A DNA stretch of 64,000 bases from Octopus sinensis (lineage: Eukaryota), in contig NC_043009.1 of assembly GCF_006345805.1 (NCBI RefSeq), positions 48,794,001 to 48,858,000 on the forward strand. Direction: 5' to 3'. This document shows, one piece after another, positions 52,168-64,000 of this stretch (position 1 is its first letter; each line of letters opens with the position of its first letter). The notes beneath the pieces are model-generated. The model saw only the letters and a list, made by a program, of their open reading frames with translations. It did no database searches and was not told the DNA's origin. Both the position numbers and the translations under genes were made by a program.

Positions 52168-53784
52168 AATATATATGCACACACAGTTATATATATATCT
52201 ATGTATAGATAGATAGTTAGATAGTTAGATGGATATATAGATATACTATGGAGATGCATATTACAAAAGTGCAAGCGTTTATTGATATAACTGTCTATGT
52301 ATCTGTTCAAGTAGTGTGTGTGCCTGTGTATGCAAGCATGTATGTATGTATGTATGCATGTATGTATGCATGTATGTATGTATGTATGTATGTATGTATG
52401 TATGTATGTGTATGTATGTATGTATACACGCACATATATTAGCACACATGCACACATATCTAGATAAAATATAATTAGGAAAATCAATTTAACTGTTTAC
52501 TTGCTTGTCAGTTCCATTGTATAAAGCTTTCCTATATATGTCAGTCGAATTATCTATCTATTTATCTATCAGCTTTTTAGTTTCTCTATCTATTTTTCTT
52601 CCTGTCTGTAAGTCTGACTAACTGTATGTCATTGCCGCTATGTATAATTATCAATATTAATGCTATTTAAAAAGAAAATTCGATGAATTAATTGAAGTAA
52701 TGAGCTGTAGTCAGCTTAATAAATTTGTTATGGCAGGATCTTTTACTTCTGCATTACATTCTGAGAACCGATAATTACGGTGAACGAATGAGTAGCTGGC
52801 TGGTTACACTACTAAAGGAGTGATCCAAAGGACAGGATTTTCAAAACTAGATATTAACGCGTGAATTGCATTCACAGCTGGCAGAATCGAGAGACAATTG
52901 TATGGCGCTCTTACGATTACGGTCTGCAGCTAGAAATAGCAGATACGCCAGCTACAGTTAGTAGCCTGTCCTTAATAATTGAAAATACACATCGTATAAT
53001 GTGGTCCTAAAAGAACTCGGCTTGGAGCAAAAGAAGAGTTTCACACGACTGGTATGCGATGTTAGGTCTCCATTACAAGTCTAAGCAATCACAGTTGAAA
53101 AACAATCAGAATAAAATCCCCCTCATCTTCATTATTGTCACTATCAATAACAACAACAACAATACTGACATTAACCGGCGGAAGACTCAATTATTCATAT
53201 GGAATCAGTGAAGCTCTCTTCAGATCTGCCTCAGTCCAACCAGATGTTAAATGTACACCAACCATTGATTTAAATGAGTGCAGCAAATAGAGGAATACCA
53301 AAATAATTTCTTTTTGACACGACGTTGGCCAGAAACTGCAATATGCGAAAATACAGATATGTGTGTATGTGTGTGTAAGCGTGCGTTTTTATGAACATAC
53401 AGGGAAACACAGAGAGAGAGAGAGAGAGCGAGAGAGAAAGAAATAGAATGCGAGGGAGAGAAAAAGAGGGGATTATCCTCTGCCTATACATGTAGTTAAT
53501 TATTTCCGTAATGTTGGTGAACCAGGTGGCAGCCATGATTGTGAAAACGTATGATTATAAGATGTTCTCTTTATGAGCAATTCGGCTTTTTGCCTTATAA
53601 AGACTATATTTCTTAGTGCTTTCTTCTCACGGTAGACGGGAAGTAGAGTTTCTCATATGATGCGACACTGTGGTTGCGTCACAATGGAACTAGTATCAGC
53701 ATCACGGATTCTTAAAAATGTGTGGAACGCTGAGGCGGAATAACCTTCCAGTGATGGAGAATTTTGGCTTGATGGCCTAAACAG

Positions 53785-53885
53785 AAGGGTGGCAGAGTTT
53801 GAAAGCTAGAACAATGCAAAACGCGATGTGACCAGTGTTTTATGGCAACATCCGATAGTCTTGTGGGCCATGTAATCACGTGATA
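53785..53885 (+). mobile_element. OR-type SINE 3' domain fragment
   Basis: GGGTGGC...GAAAGCTAGAACAATGCAAAACGC.ATGTGACCAG...ATCACGTGAT matches the 3' end of 13022-13329. Confidence 0.65.
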
Positions 53886-53909
53886 CACACACACACATAC
53901 ACACACGTG

Positions 53910-53947
<38 letters not shown>

Positions 53948-54234
53948 TAAAATCATATGGCAGGAGAAAAGCTCTATGACACTGTATAGGCCTTACGAGA
54001 TGTAATTAGAGAAATAAAAAGCTTTATATCAGAGAGCCGGGCTGAATTCTTGCAACACAGAAGGTTCCACAAAAAGCACTCGAACTAAAGAATGGTACTA
54101 TTAAACTCTTCAGCTGATAAACTCTACAACCCAATTTAGCCTTAGCAGGATTTGAACGCAGAGCTCAGAGACTAGGGAAAAAGCTCCATCAAGCTTTATA
54201 CCCGATTCTTAAGCAACGCTTCTAATATAATCTT

Positions 54235-54660
54235 TTCTCTTCTAAGGACAAGACCCCCAATTTTTTTTTGGAGGTGGGGATGGATCCAGTCGATTAGATC
54301 TATCCCAGTACGTAGCTGGTACTAAATTTATCGACTCCGAAATGATGGAAGGAAAAGTCAACCTCGGCGGAATATAAACTCAGAACGTAAAGACAGACGA
54401 AATACCGCTGAGTATTTCGCCCGGCGTGCTAATTTTTCTTATTTCTTTACTGCCCACAAGGGGCTACACACAGAGGGGACAAACAAGGACAGACAAACGG
54501 ATTAAGTCGATTTCATCGATCCCAGTGCGTAACTGGTACTTATTTAATCGACCCCGAAAGGATGAAAGGCAAATTTGAACTCCAAGCGTAACGGCAGACG
54601 AAATACCGCTAATAATTTCACCCGGCGCGCTAACTTTTCTGCCAGCTCGCCGCCTTATGC
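54235..54660 (-). mobile_element. Two tandem SINE family B copies (about 54235-54432 and 54435-54660)
   Basis: Both contain GACGAAATACCGCT and AACTGGTACT..TTTA(A)TCGAC motifs; the second ends GCCAGCTCGCCGCCTTA. Confidence 0.85.
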
Positions 54661-55424
54661 TGCTAATATAATTTAAATGTTAGGAAAATTCATACTAATG
54701 CTTTGAAAACGTTATGTACCATTTTGTTAAATATAATAGTAATTAATAAAATGAAGTTTAATACTTTTTTCTCATATTTTAAAACAGTTCTGTTTAACTT
54801 ACCATGCGAAGTTTTGAACTTCAAAATCACAAACTCTAAGCCATTGAGATTCACTACAATAGAGATTCATTGAAGGAGGAATCGGTTTCTGTTCGGCTAG
54901 ATCGATTTAAATTTATTGCTATGTTTGTTTCGGTACACACGAGTATGACGGCGGAATTCAATCCAAATTGTGCTATGTCAAATTCGATCACTGGAAAAAG
55001 TTATGCATATATCTACGCAAACATCGTCGTGTAATTATAATTTACAACAATAATTGCTCATTTATTTCTGAACTATGATCTAGGTATTTTTGTTTGCTAT
55101 GGCAAACTGGTAATGTGTTTAATCTAAATCAATTCAAAACTGAATCCAAGACTTTCATTACATGCGATTGCGATTTGTTCTGCACTAGCGATTATGACCT
55201 TGTGGGCGACTCAAGTCAATATATACAGAAAATCACGGACGTTTTCTCAGGCGGCACTTACGTTGGTTTGAGCGAATTATTGCTACTGTTGTTATTCTTA
55301 TTATTTTTGTGACTGTTCAGACTCCGATTGACCCATATTGAATCAGATCATTTATCAGTATAACTCCAGCCATGACTGTCTCACCTTATTTTGAAAAATA
55401 TTTTCATATAGGCCTAGAAGTCGC

Positions 55425-55581
55425 CGTGTGGCAAGCAGCTTGCTTACGAACCACATGGCTCCGGGTTCAGTCCCACTGCGTGCCACTTTGGGTAAGTGTC
55501 TTCTACTATAGCCTCGGGCCGACCAAAGCCTTGTGAGTGGATTTGGTAGACGGAAACTGAAGGAAGCCCGTCGTATATATG

Positions 55582-55612
<31 letters not shown>

Positions 55613-55785
55613 ATGTCTGTGTTTGTCCCTCATCTTAACTTAGCTGTTCGGCAAAAGAGACCAATAGAATAAGTACTAGGCTTACAAAGAATAAGCCCTG
55701 GGGTCGATTTGCTCGACTCAAGGCGGTGCTCCAGCCTGGCCCCAGTCAAATGACCGAAACAAATAAAAGAGTAAAAGAGTAAAAG
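55425..55785 (+). mobile_element. SINE family A, near full length
   Basis: Head, core and 3' module as in 30974-31385. Confidence 0.92.
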
Positions 55786-57444
55786 GGTATATTATTACTT
55801 AAAAAAGGTGTCTTTTGTCACGTTACTGTATTATCATTCTTTTTTTTTTCTTTTCAAGAGCATTTGTAGATATACCTGGCATTCATAGATGTTCAAACGA
55901 TCAGTTACGATCAGTCTTCGTTTAATGATTTCTATATCTCTATAAAAGTACCAGTAATATAATGGCCTTATTCCAAACGTCGTTTACTTCTCTTCTTCCC
56001 TGCAATAGAAACAGCTAAACCATTCGTTTTCTTTTTGACCGATTAATAATCTGTGAAATATTTCTTGCTGTCGGTTTTGTCGTTCTCCTATTTCATCGTT
56101 AAATATATTACGGTTGACAATAAATTAAATAATGAAACTGATAACATTATTTTCATTGATAACTTTATTAACCACAGTTTTGGTTTTTCAGTTAGTTACG
56201 TATTCAAAGAAAACAATTCTTAAAAGTCTAAGGATTACGTCTTTTGTAAAGCTATAACAAAAAAAACAACAACAACAACATCTGCAATGAATTCATGTAA
56301 AGAAAAAAGGCCAAAGAATTGAAATATGAATTATATAAATGTTCTTCTCTCTTTTATTCTTTTGTCATTAATTCATAATGGTTGTGAAGATGAATTAGCC
56401 TTAACTGCAAAATGTCACAACCATTAATTCTATTTCTTTTTTGTAATTGTGTTCTGGTGTGAGTTTTTCCTAGAATGAATAAAATAAAATTTGATAAGAC
56501 AACGAAGAAGACAGTTATGTTGTCATATCTGATAGAAATAGCAGCCATATCTTGTCTTGATCAAGGATACGTTAGATAATATTGTCCTAAGTACGTCAGG
56601 TCTGAAAAACAAAAGAAAAAAAGAGGAAATAGTAATGTAACAGCTAGAACGTCTTTGATCATTATGCAACCCAACCCAGTTAAAGCAGACCTAGGGCTAA
56701 ATAACAACATCGAACAACAATAACAACAGCATAAAAACAACAACAACAACCATAGCAACAACAACAACAACGTTATCGTTGAATATATCAGACAAAAGAA
56801 AAAAATGTATTTGTTCACTTTGTAAGAAACAGCCGCCATGTTTTTTTTCCAAATCATATTACTGGCAGAAAATGAAAAGAATATGTTTAAAAACATTTTT
56901 TCTGGAGATACAGTATGCTTCTACATTAGGTTGGACATACACAATCTTTGTAAAGGGGAATTTACTCTTCCTTGATGAAACACAGCAGCGATTAGCATAT
57001 TCGTGTTCGAATCGGCTGAAACATATTAAGAATAAATACTTAAGGTATCGTTTCGATTCTCACTTCTCATCATACTTATAAAGATTTAATATCGATTGAC
57101 TGATACCAGCATGGATCAGCAAACAGCTTGTTCATAAAAGATATAAATAAGGGCATCGGCACTTGTTAAATTCATTAGTCTGGATACCTCTGGCTGATGG
57201 GAGAAAATCATGTCGAAACACCGGATGACGCATAGTCCATTCTGTTAATGAATTGTATCAGATATGATCACACATGTAAAAAAAGGTCAAAATGTGCTCC
57301 TCTGAGGAAATTCAACAACACTTAACAAATTCACGTTCGAATCGGCTGCAACGCATACAAAATTAATCAAATAATGGGCAAATCATCATTTTGATTCCCC
57401 TTATTCACTGTTCATACGACGATTTCATATATATATATATAATT

Positions 57445-57765
57445 AACTGTGGCTTAGTGGTTAGGGCGTTCGGTTTGCGATCGTAAGGTCATGAGTTCAA
57501 TTCCGGGTGACGTGTTGTGTCCTTGGGCAAGAGGCATTATTTCACGTTCCTCCAGACCACTCAGCTGGCAAATATGAGTAGCACCTGTATTTCAAAAGGC
57601 TAGCCTTGTAACACTCAGTGTGATGCTGAATCTCTCTGAGAACTACGTTAAGGGTACACGTGTCTGTGGAGTGCTCAACCACTTGCACGTTAATTTAACG
57701 AGCAAGCTGTTCCGTTGATCGTATCAGCTGAAACCCTCGTCGTCGTAACTGACAGGTTGCTTCAT
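57445..57765 (+). mobile_element. tRNA-derived SINE family D, full length
   Basis: TGTGGCTTAGTGGTTAGGG (A box), GAGTTCAATTCC (B box), GTGTCCTTGGGCAAG, ending ACCCTCGTCGTCGTAACTGAC; a 3' fragment also lies at about 44985-45140. Confidence 0.8.
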
Positions 57766-57938
57766 ATAATATATATATATTCTTCTTTGTCCCTACCAAG
57801 AAGTCACATGGACCTTGAACCCACAAGAGTAAACAAGAGAGACAGGCAGAAACAAGGAAAATGCCACTTATATTTGAACACTATACAAATATTCTTTTAA
57901 AAAAACTTAATTTTTTTAAATCTAATTTTTTAATTGTT

Positions 57939-57977
57939 ACAGTTGAAAAGGTCTCAAATGACGGAAACCGGTACTGA
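57939..57977 (+). ncRNA. Degenerate minimal hammerhead motif in a TA-flanked PLE-like remnant (about 57780-58030)
   Basis: ACAG-TTGAAAA-GGTC-TCAAAT-GACG-GAA-ACCGGT-A-CTGA: palindromic ACCGGT stem III, core decayed (C3U, G8A). Confidence 0.5.
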
Positions 57978-58084
57978 AATGTTCTTTATAAAATTATTTT
58001 AGCATTTTCTATCTTGACTTGTTTTTTCATATATATATATATATATATAAATAATTATATATATAAAATTAATGATATATCTGA

Positions 58085-58275
58085 CTATTGATTCTCCCGT
58101 CGAAGACGACGTATAAGTATTCAACTTTTGTCTGACGACATGCATTGTACCTCACGCTCTCCATCAAGTCGCCGTTGTCTAAACTGGTGTACTGTGTACC
58201 ACGCGTCAGGTGTCGAAGGGATCGCAGAGCAACGTGAGATGGAGTGTCTTGCTCAAGAACACAACACACTGCTGT
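58085..58275 (-). mobile_element. SINE family C, 3' part
   Basis: Reverse complement TGTTCTTGAGCAAGACACTCCATCTCACG...GTCGTCTTCGACGGGAGAATC matches 25298-25590. Confidence 0.75.
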
Positions 58276-58535
58276 TAAAAACTATGACACACACACACAC
58301 ACACACAAGTATGCAGACACAAAAACATACACAGACGCGAGCACACTCACACATAGACACACACACACAAACAGGGACACAAACGCATGGCCGTCCATGA
58401 AATTCCATATGCGTGTGTGAATAGTTTTTGCTTCGTATGGTGTATGTATCCATGTCCTTTATATAGTTTTATTTATTTATTTTACCTATCTCTATGTCTT
58501 ATATTTATCACAGGTATGCGACAGTTATATTTATG

Positions 58536-58579
<44 letters not shown>

Positions 58580-59036
58580 CATAATTATTTATTTAAACAC
58601 ATCTATCTATTTCTCATAAGTTTCACAGGTAAGTGCATATATGTCTATTGTGTGTGTACTACCCTGCATGATTCTGTGTATTGTATATGGTTTTTCACCT
58701 CTCTCTTTTCATCCCTACTGTCTTTAGTCATGAGATGTGGTGTGTGGTAGCGGATGTTACTGTTCCATTCGTGTTTTCACACATACACAGAGGAATGCAA
58801 GAGCTGCACCATACATATTATTCCGAGCCTTAGAACAGCAGCAGCACAATGGGGTGAGAGAATGGGTTTGAGTGGAAAGCCACACTGCTTCTAAAAACTA
58901 TAACACACACATACACACGGACGCACGCACACACAAACAAACAAACAAGGACACAAACGCATGCGCACATAAGGATGCACATCTTAGAAGAACAGAATGG
59001 AGTAAGTTGAGCAAGAACACACACGAAAGCGAAAAG

Positions 59037-59081
59037 TGTCGCTGAAGAGGTAACAGATGTGTGACGAAAGATTTCCGGACA
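59037..59081 (+). ncRNA. Minimal type I hammerhead motif with intact core
   Basis: TGTCG-CTGAAGA-G-GTAACA-GATG-TGTGAC-GAA-AGATTT-C-CGGACA; followed by AATAAA (about 59097) and (TA)n from 59176. Confidence 0.55.
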
Positions 59082-59175
59082 ATGGACATGAGTTAGAATA
59101 AAATAAGAACAAGTGAAGAAAAATATACAGTGCGTGTGTTTATTTGAAAAAGAAATGACCGTCCCGAAATACAAC

Positions 59176-59232
<57 letters not shown>

Positions 59233-59429
59233 ATATATATATAATTCTAATTACGATGAACGTAAACAAAAGAAGTTTGCTTTACAAGCTTTGAAATGTT
59301 TTAGAAAGTTAAAGAAATGCTTTTAAATTCTCAAACGCATTATAATGCTAATAATATAGCCTGAACAGGATAAGCTACCCCTATTTTTCAGAAAAAAAAA
59401 GTGTTAGCGGCCGGCCATAAATATTTGTT

Positions 59430-59640
59430 GTCTGTGTTTGTCAACCCCATAGCGCTTGACAATCGATGTTGGTGTTTTTATGTCCCCTTATCTTAGCTGT
59501 TCGGCAAAAGCGACCGATAGAATAAGTAAGTACCAGGCTTACAAAGTAAGTCCTGGGAAAGGTTATTTTCTGTTAAAACCTATTAAGGTGTTGCTCCAGT
59601 ATGGCCGCAGTCAAATGACTGAAGCAAACAAAAGAATATA
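59430..59640 (+). mobile_element. SINE family A 3' module (degenerate)
   Basis: GTTCGGCAAAAGCGACCGATAGAATAAGT...GCTCCAGTATGGCCGCAGTCAAATGACTGAAGCAAAC. Confidence 0.8.
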
Positions 59641-60300
59641 CATACGGCCTGCGCTTTCACACAGTTCCTTACAACCATATTTAGTCATAAAACTTATTTA
59701 ATCTACGTTGGGCTAATGCAGAAGACACTTGCCTAAGTTGTCCTATACTACAACTGAAACCGAAACCATATTGTTGCGAAGTCATATGGAATAAAATTGT
59801 TTTCGTTGCCTTGTTTTTGTCTCCAACTATCTCAGTAGTAAGTTGCTCAGATTTTCTTCAGTCGATTTGTTTGTTGCAGGTGAAAGTAAACATTTCAAGC
59901 ATCGTCAGCGGAAAACATTTTCAGTCCTTAAGCCATTTTGATTTTTATGCATATTCATTTCTTTCATCTTTCCTTCTATTTCCTTCCTCTTCTTTCTTAC
60001 ATTCTTTCGTTCTTCCTTTGTTTCCTGTTTTTCTTGTCTCATTAATTTCTCATTAATATATAGAAACACCTGTGTCAAGCGCCCTCCCTCTTCACACTTA
60101 AATGTTAAGAATCTCATCATTACCATTTCTATTATCATAGAACATGCTAATATTTCAGAAATAGTATTGGATTTGGGCAAAATTCTTGATAAAATTTGCT
60201 TTTTTTCTCTGTTAAGTTTTGCGTTCAAATCCAGCAGAGTTCAATTTAGTCTCTCTTTCCTCTTTGACTAAAATATAAGTTTGAAACAGCGAATTTGTAA

Positions 60301-60422
60301 TAACGTTAGAGCGTTATTTGATCCGAGCATTTACGTTAGAGCGTTATTTGATCCGAGCATTTACGTTAGATCGTTATTTGATCCGAGCATTTACGTTAGA
60401 GCGTTATTTGATCCGAGCATTT
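60301..60422 (+). repeat. 30-bp tandem repeat, four copies, inside a SINE family B head
   Basis: Unit ACGTTAGAGCGTTATTTGATCCGAGCATTT; one G>T variant in copy 3; followed by GGAGTTCGAAATCC and the SINE B body. Confidence 0.95.
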
Positions 60423-60671
60423 GCGTTTGGAGTTCGAAATCCCGCTGGGGTAAGATTTAGCTTTCATCCCTTAGGGCCGATAAAATACAGTACCAGCCAT
60501 GAACTGGTTCTCTTCGCAATTGTTAGTCTTGCGAAATTATAAGTCATTCATAGTCATTTTGTACAAACGTCGATTAATGCCTTCTACTGCTAATTTCTAT
60601 CTTATATAAGATTGAATACAGGTGTGCAACCACATCAGAAATGAAACCGAATTTTACTATTATTACTTTTA

Positions 60672-61330
60672 GCCATTATGATGGCAGCGAGCTCGTAGGG
60701 TCGTTAGCACGCCGCACAAAATGCTTGGTGTCATTTCGCCCGTCTTTACATTCTAGGATCAAATTCCGCCATGGTCCACTTTGCCATTCATCCTTTCGGG
60801 GTTGATAAATTAAATACCTGTGAAACACTGGAGTCGATGTTATCGACTAGTCCCCTTCCCCAAAATTTCTGCCCTTGTACCTTTAGGAGAAACGCTTATT
60901 TTTAACCATTATGATGGCGGCAAGCTGGTTGAGTCGTTAGCACACCGGGTAAAATGATTTGTGACATTTCGTCCGTCTTTACGTTGACATTGCCTTTCAT
61001 CCTTTCGGCGCTGATAAAATAAGTACCGGTTGAAAACTGTGGTCGATGTAATCGGCTTAGCCTCATCCTCGAACTTACTGACCTTGTGTCAAATTTTGGA
61101 ACCCTTATTGTTAGCAATTGGCGAGCTGCCAAAACCGTCAGGAAGTCGGACAAAATATTCAGCGACATTTTGTCTGTCTTTAAGTTTTGAGTTCAAATTC
61201 TATCGAGGTTGAATTTGCCTTTAAACTTTTCGGAGCCGATAAAATAAGTGCTCGTTGATCACTGAGGTCGATGTGGTTTACTTCTAAACCTCTCATAATT
61301 ACTGGCTTTGTGTCAACGTTCAAACTTTGA
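60672..61330 (+). mobile_element. Three consecutive SINE family B copies
   Basis: Starts near 60672, 60904 and 61115; the first two share the upstream CCATTATGATGGC. Confidence 0.8.
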
Positions 61331-61968
61331 ATATGCCGTCTGTTTTCAGACACAGAATATCTAGAATTCACATTTAACGCACCCATAACTATCCTCATTT
61401 CTAAAACCCCAAGGAGTAATTCAAGCCTCCATTGCCTACTATTTCTAACAGGTTTCGTAACTACGTGGCAGGCTCCCTTTTGTCATAATGTTCGTATTAG
61501 TTATTGATGTTTATGCTGTTATGGTAGACTTTCTCATCGTCGTTATGGTGGTCTCACCGATTTTCATTTTGTTATTGTTATTGGAAAGTGGGTGTTATTG
61601 GGTCGCCAATTTATTGATTCTGTCTCTTACTGTACATTAGACATTCGGCCAGACAAAGATTACACAAGAGTTTACCTACAACTGATATGAATAGCAAATA
61701 GATGGAACCAGCACTGACTGGGTTATCACATGTGAAAACCAGTTAGGAAGAGATTAGAGGGGAAAACTAAATAAAAGATAAAGATAAACAAATAGATAAA
61801 TAAATAAATAAATAAAATAGATTAATTTGTCTTATTTGGAGATAAAAACATTTGATGTATGTATCTGAATAGATTACGAAGTTTATACCTATATATATAC
61901 ATATATGTGTGTGAATATATACATATATTATATATATATACAAAACACACACTCACACATATATATAT

Positions 61969-62014
<46 letters not shown>

Positions 62015-62222
62015 CATATATATACATATGTATATATATATATATGTATGTACACATATATATAAACATGTATATATACACATATATATACATGTATATA
62101 TACACACATGCAACTATGTATATATACACATACAGATATATATGCATATATACGTATATCTATATCTATCTGTCTGTCTATGTATGTATGCATGCATCTA
62201 GCTATCTATCGATGTATCAATA

Positions 62223-62293
<71 letters not shown>

Positions 62294-62857
62294 ACATATA
62301 ATGTGTGCATATATATAGGGAGAGAGAGTGAGAGAGAGAGGGGGGAAGAGTGAAATAAAGTAATAGATAGATAGAATGATAGATAGATAGAAGCGCACAT
62401 GTGAGTGTGTGTCTTGCATTGATTGTAATATAAGGTAACACAAAGGAAGAATAATAATGAAAAGGCAGTGTCACTCTTCCTGAGTCTAGAGGAAAAGCTT
62501 CAGGTAGCCTCACGCCTAAGGATCGAACTCAGAACCCGAGCATTTAGAATCCACTATAACCAAGAAGGCTAAATAGTGTTCTTAACTTCGGACTGACTTT
62601 AACTCAAAATCTAAAAATCTTTACAAATATGTAAAGCATTCTAAAGAATATATCAATGCATCATCCTCTGTGCATGCGTTTTGCTGTGGTAATGATGCAT
62701 ATATACATACATGCATATGTATGTACGTACGTATATATATACATGCATACACACATTCATACATAAATACCTACATATATGCAAAATGTATTAAAAGTAA
62801 TGCTTTACCAATTCGTAATAGTCCCCGTTCTTATTATGATGATATATATATGTATAT

Positions 62858-62894
<37 letters not shown>

Positions 62895-63805
62895 GTATTA
62901 TTTATTTATTTATTTACTTAGGTATTTATTGTTAAAGAGACAAGGTTAACATGTTCTCCAATGAAAGATGTTCTCAATGTCTCCGTCTTCCGAATCAGTG
63001 GAGGTTTTAGTGATCGGGGCGTAGGTCGTACGTGGGTGATATTTAGCCAAGGAACGTTTGGGAGGAATGAATAACCGAGTTAGTAACATAACCAAACGGA
63101 TGAGAGGCTAATTTGTCATCAGTGGATTCGAACTCGGGACTTGAAGCACGACCAAGTACAATAAAGTGTTCTTGGCTGACGCTCTAACGATGTTACTGAT
63201 CTATCGTTCCTCAGCTAATATCTAAAACAGGCATAATACCTCAAATTTGGAGGAGGAGAACAATCGATTACATTGATCTGGTACTTAATTCCACTTCATT
63301 CCATCGATCTTCGGAAGACTGAAACGCAAAGACGATTACTACCAGAATTGAACGCAGAAGCACAAAGATCCGTAATTTGAAGGGGCGAACCCATTTGTAT
63401 CCAACCGTCCAAGCAATGAGTCCATAACTATATTAGGCGGCAATAAGGAAAAGTATGAAAGATAATATGGAACAGCGACAAAAAAATAAAGAAAACACGA
63501 TGCTGTCACACTTATATAATTCATCGGCAAAACGTAAGAATTATAAAAATATAACCACATTTATAACAAGTGCAACAACATGTACAACGGCAGCTAGAGT
63601 AGAGGGAGTAGTCTGTCATATTTGGCAGTGCCAATGGAATAAAGCAATGGAAGGAAGTCTTTGACAAGCTTCATGTCGTTTCAAGTTTTTCCTTTCATTC
63701 TCAAGACAGTTTATTTGCTTTTCAAGGATTTCCTAATTGATAGTTTTCATTTTAATCAAGTTACTTAAATAATTCTTTGATATATATATACATAATATAA
63801 TATAT

Positions 63806-63866
<61 letters not shown>

Positions 63867-64000
63867 ATACATATAATATATTATATATATATATATATAC
63901 ATATTATATATATATATGTGTGTGTGTATGTGTGTGTGTGCGTGTGTGTGTGTGTGCGTGTGTGTGTGTGTATGAGTGTGTTTGAGTGCATGCCTGTTAG

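Noticed and set aside
55081-55340. 72-aa ORF and possible TM-encoding exon
   Set aside because: No homology recognised; conflicting splice signals on both strands; adjoins repeat fragments.
60301-60422. Regular 30-bp repeats suggestive of CRISPR
   Set aside because: Contiguous units with no spacers, eukaryotic context, no cas genes.

Overview
This is AT-rich, extremely microsatellite-dense eukaryotic intergenic or intronic DNA. The tRNA-headed SINE families and repeat landscape look like an octopus (cephalopod) genome; this is inferred from recalled repeat families, not a database search. No intact protein-coding gene, rRNA, true tRNA or CRISPR array is supportable, and nearly all long ORFs in the track are artefacts of simple repeats. 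The window is a transposon graveyard. It holds more than 25 tRNA-derived SINE copies from about five families, five decayed R4/Dong-like restriction-like-endonuclease (RLE) LINE fragments (three ending in (TAA)n), a HERO-like RLE fragment, three RTE 3' ends, a rearranged mariner, a (TAA)n-tailed non-autonomous element, and several minisatellites. The most notable signal is a set of type I hammerhead-ribozyme motifs in short Penelope-like (PLE) pseudo-LTR remnants, most of which sit in or beside (TA)n tracts. The standout is a zero-loop 118-bp palindrome (45224-45341) made of two opposite-strand hammerheads sharing a central AGCT: one has a canonical CUGAUGA core and the other a single A6G change. 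A second zero-loop fold-back in (TA)n lies at 34154-34273. All folds were made by eye and ribozyme activity is untested.
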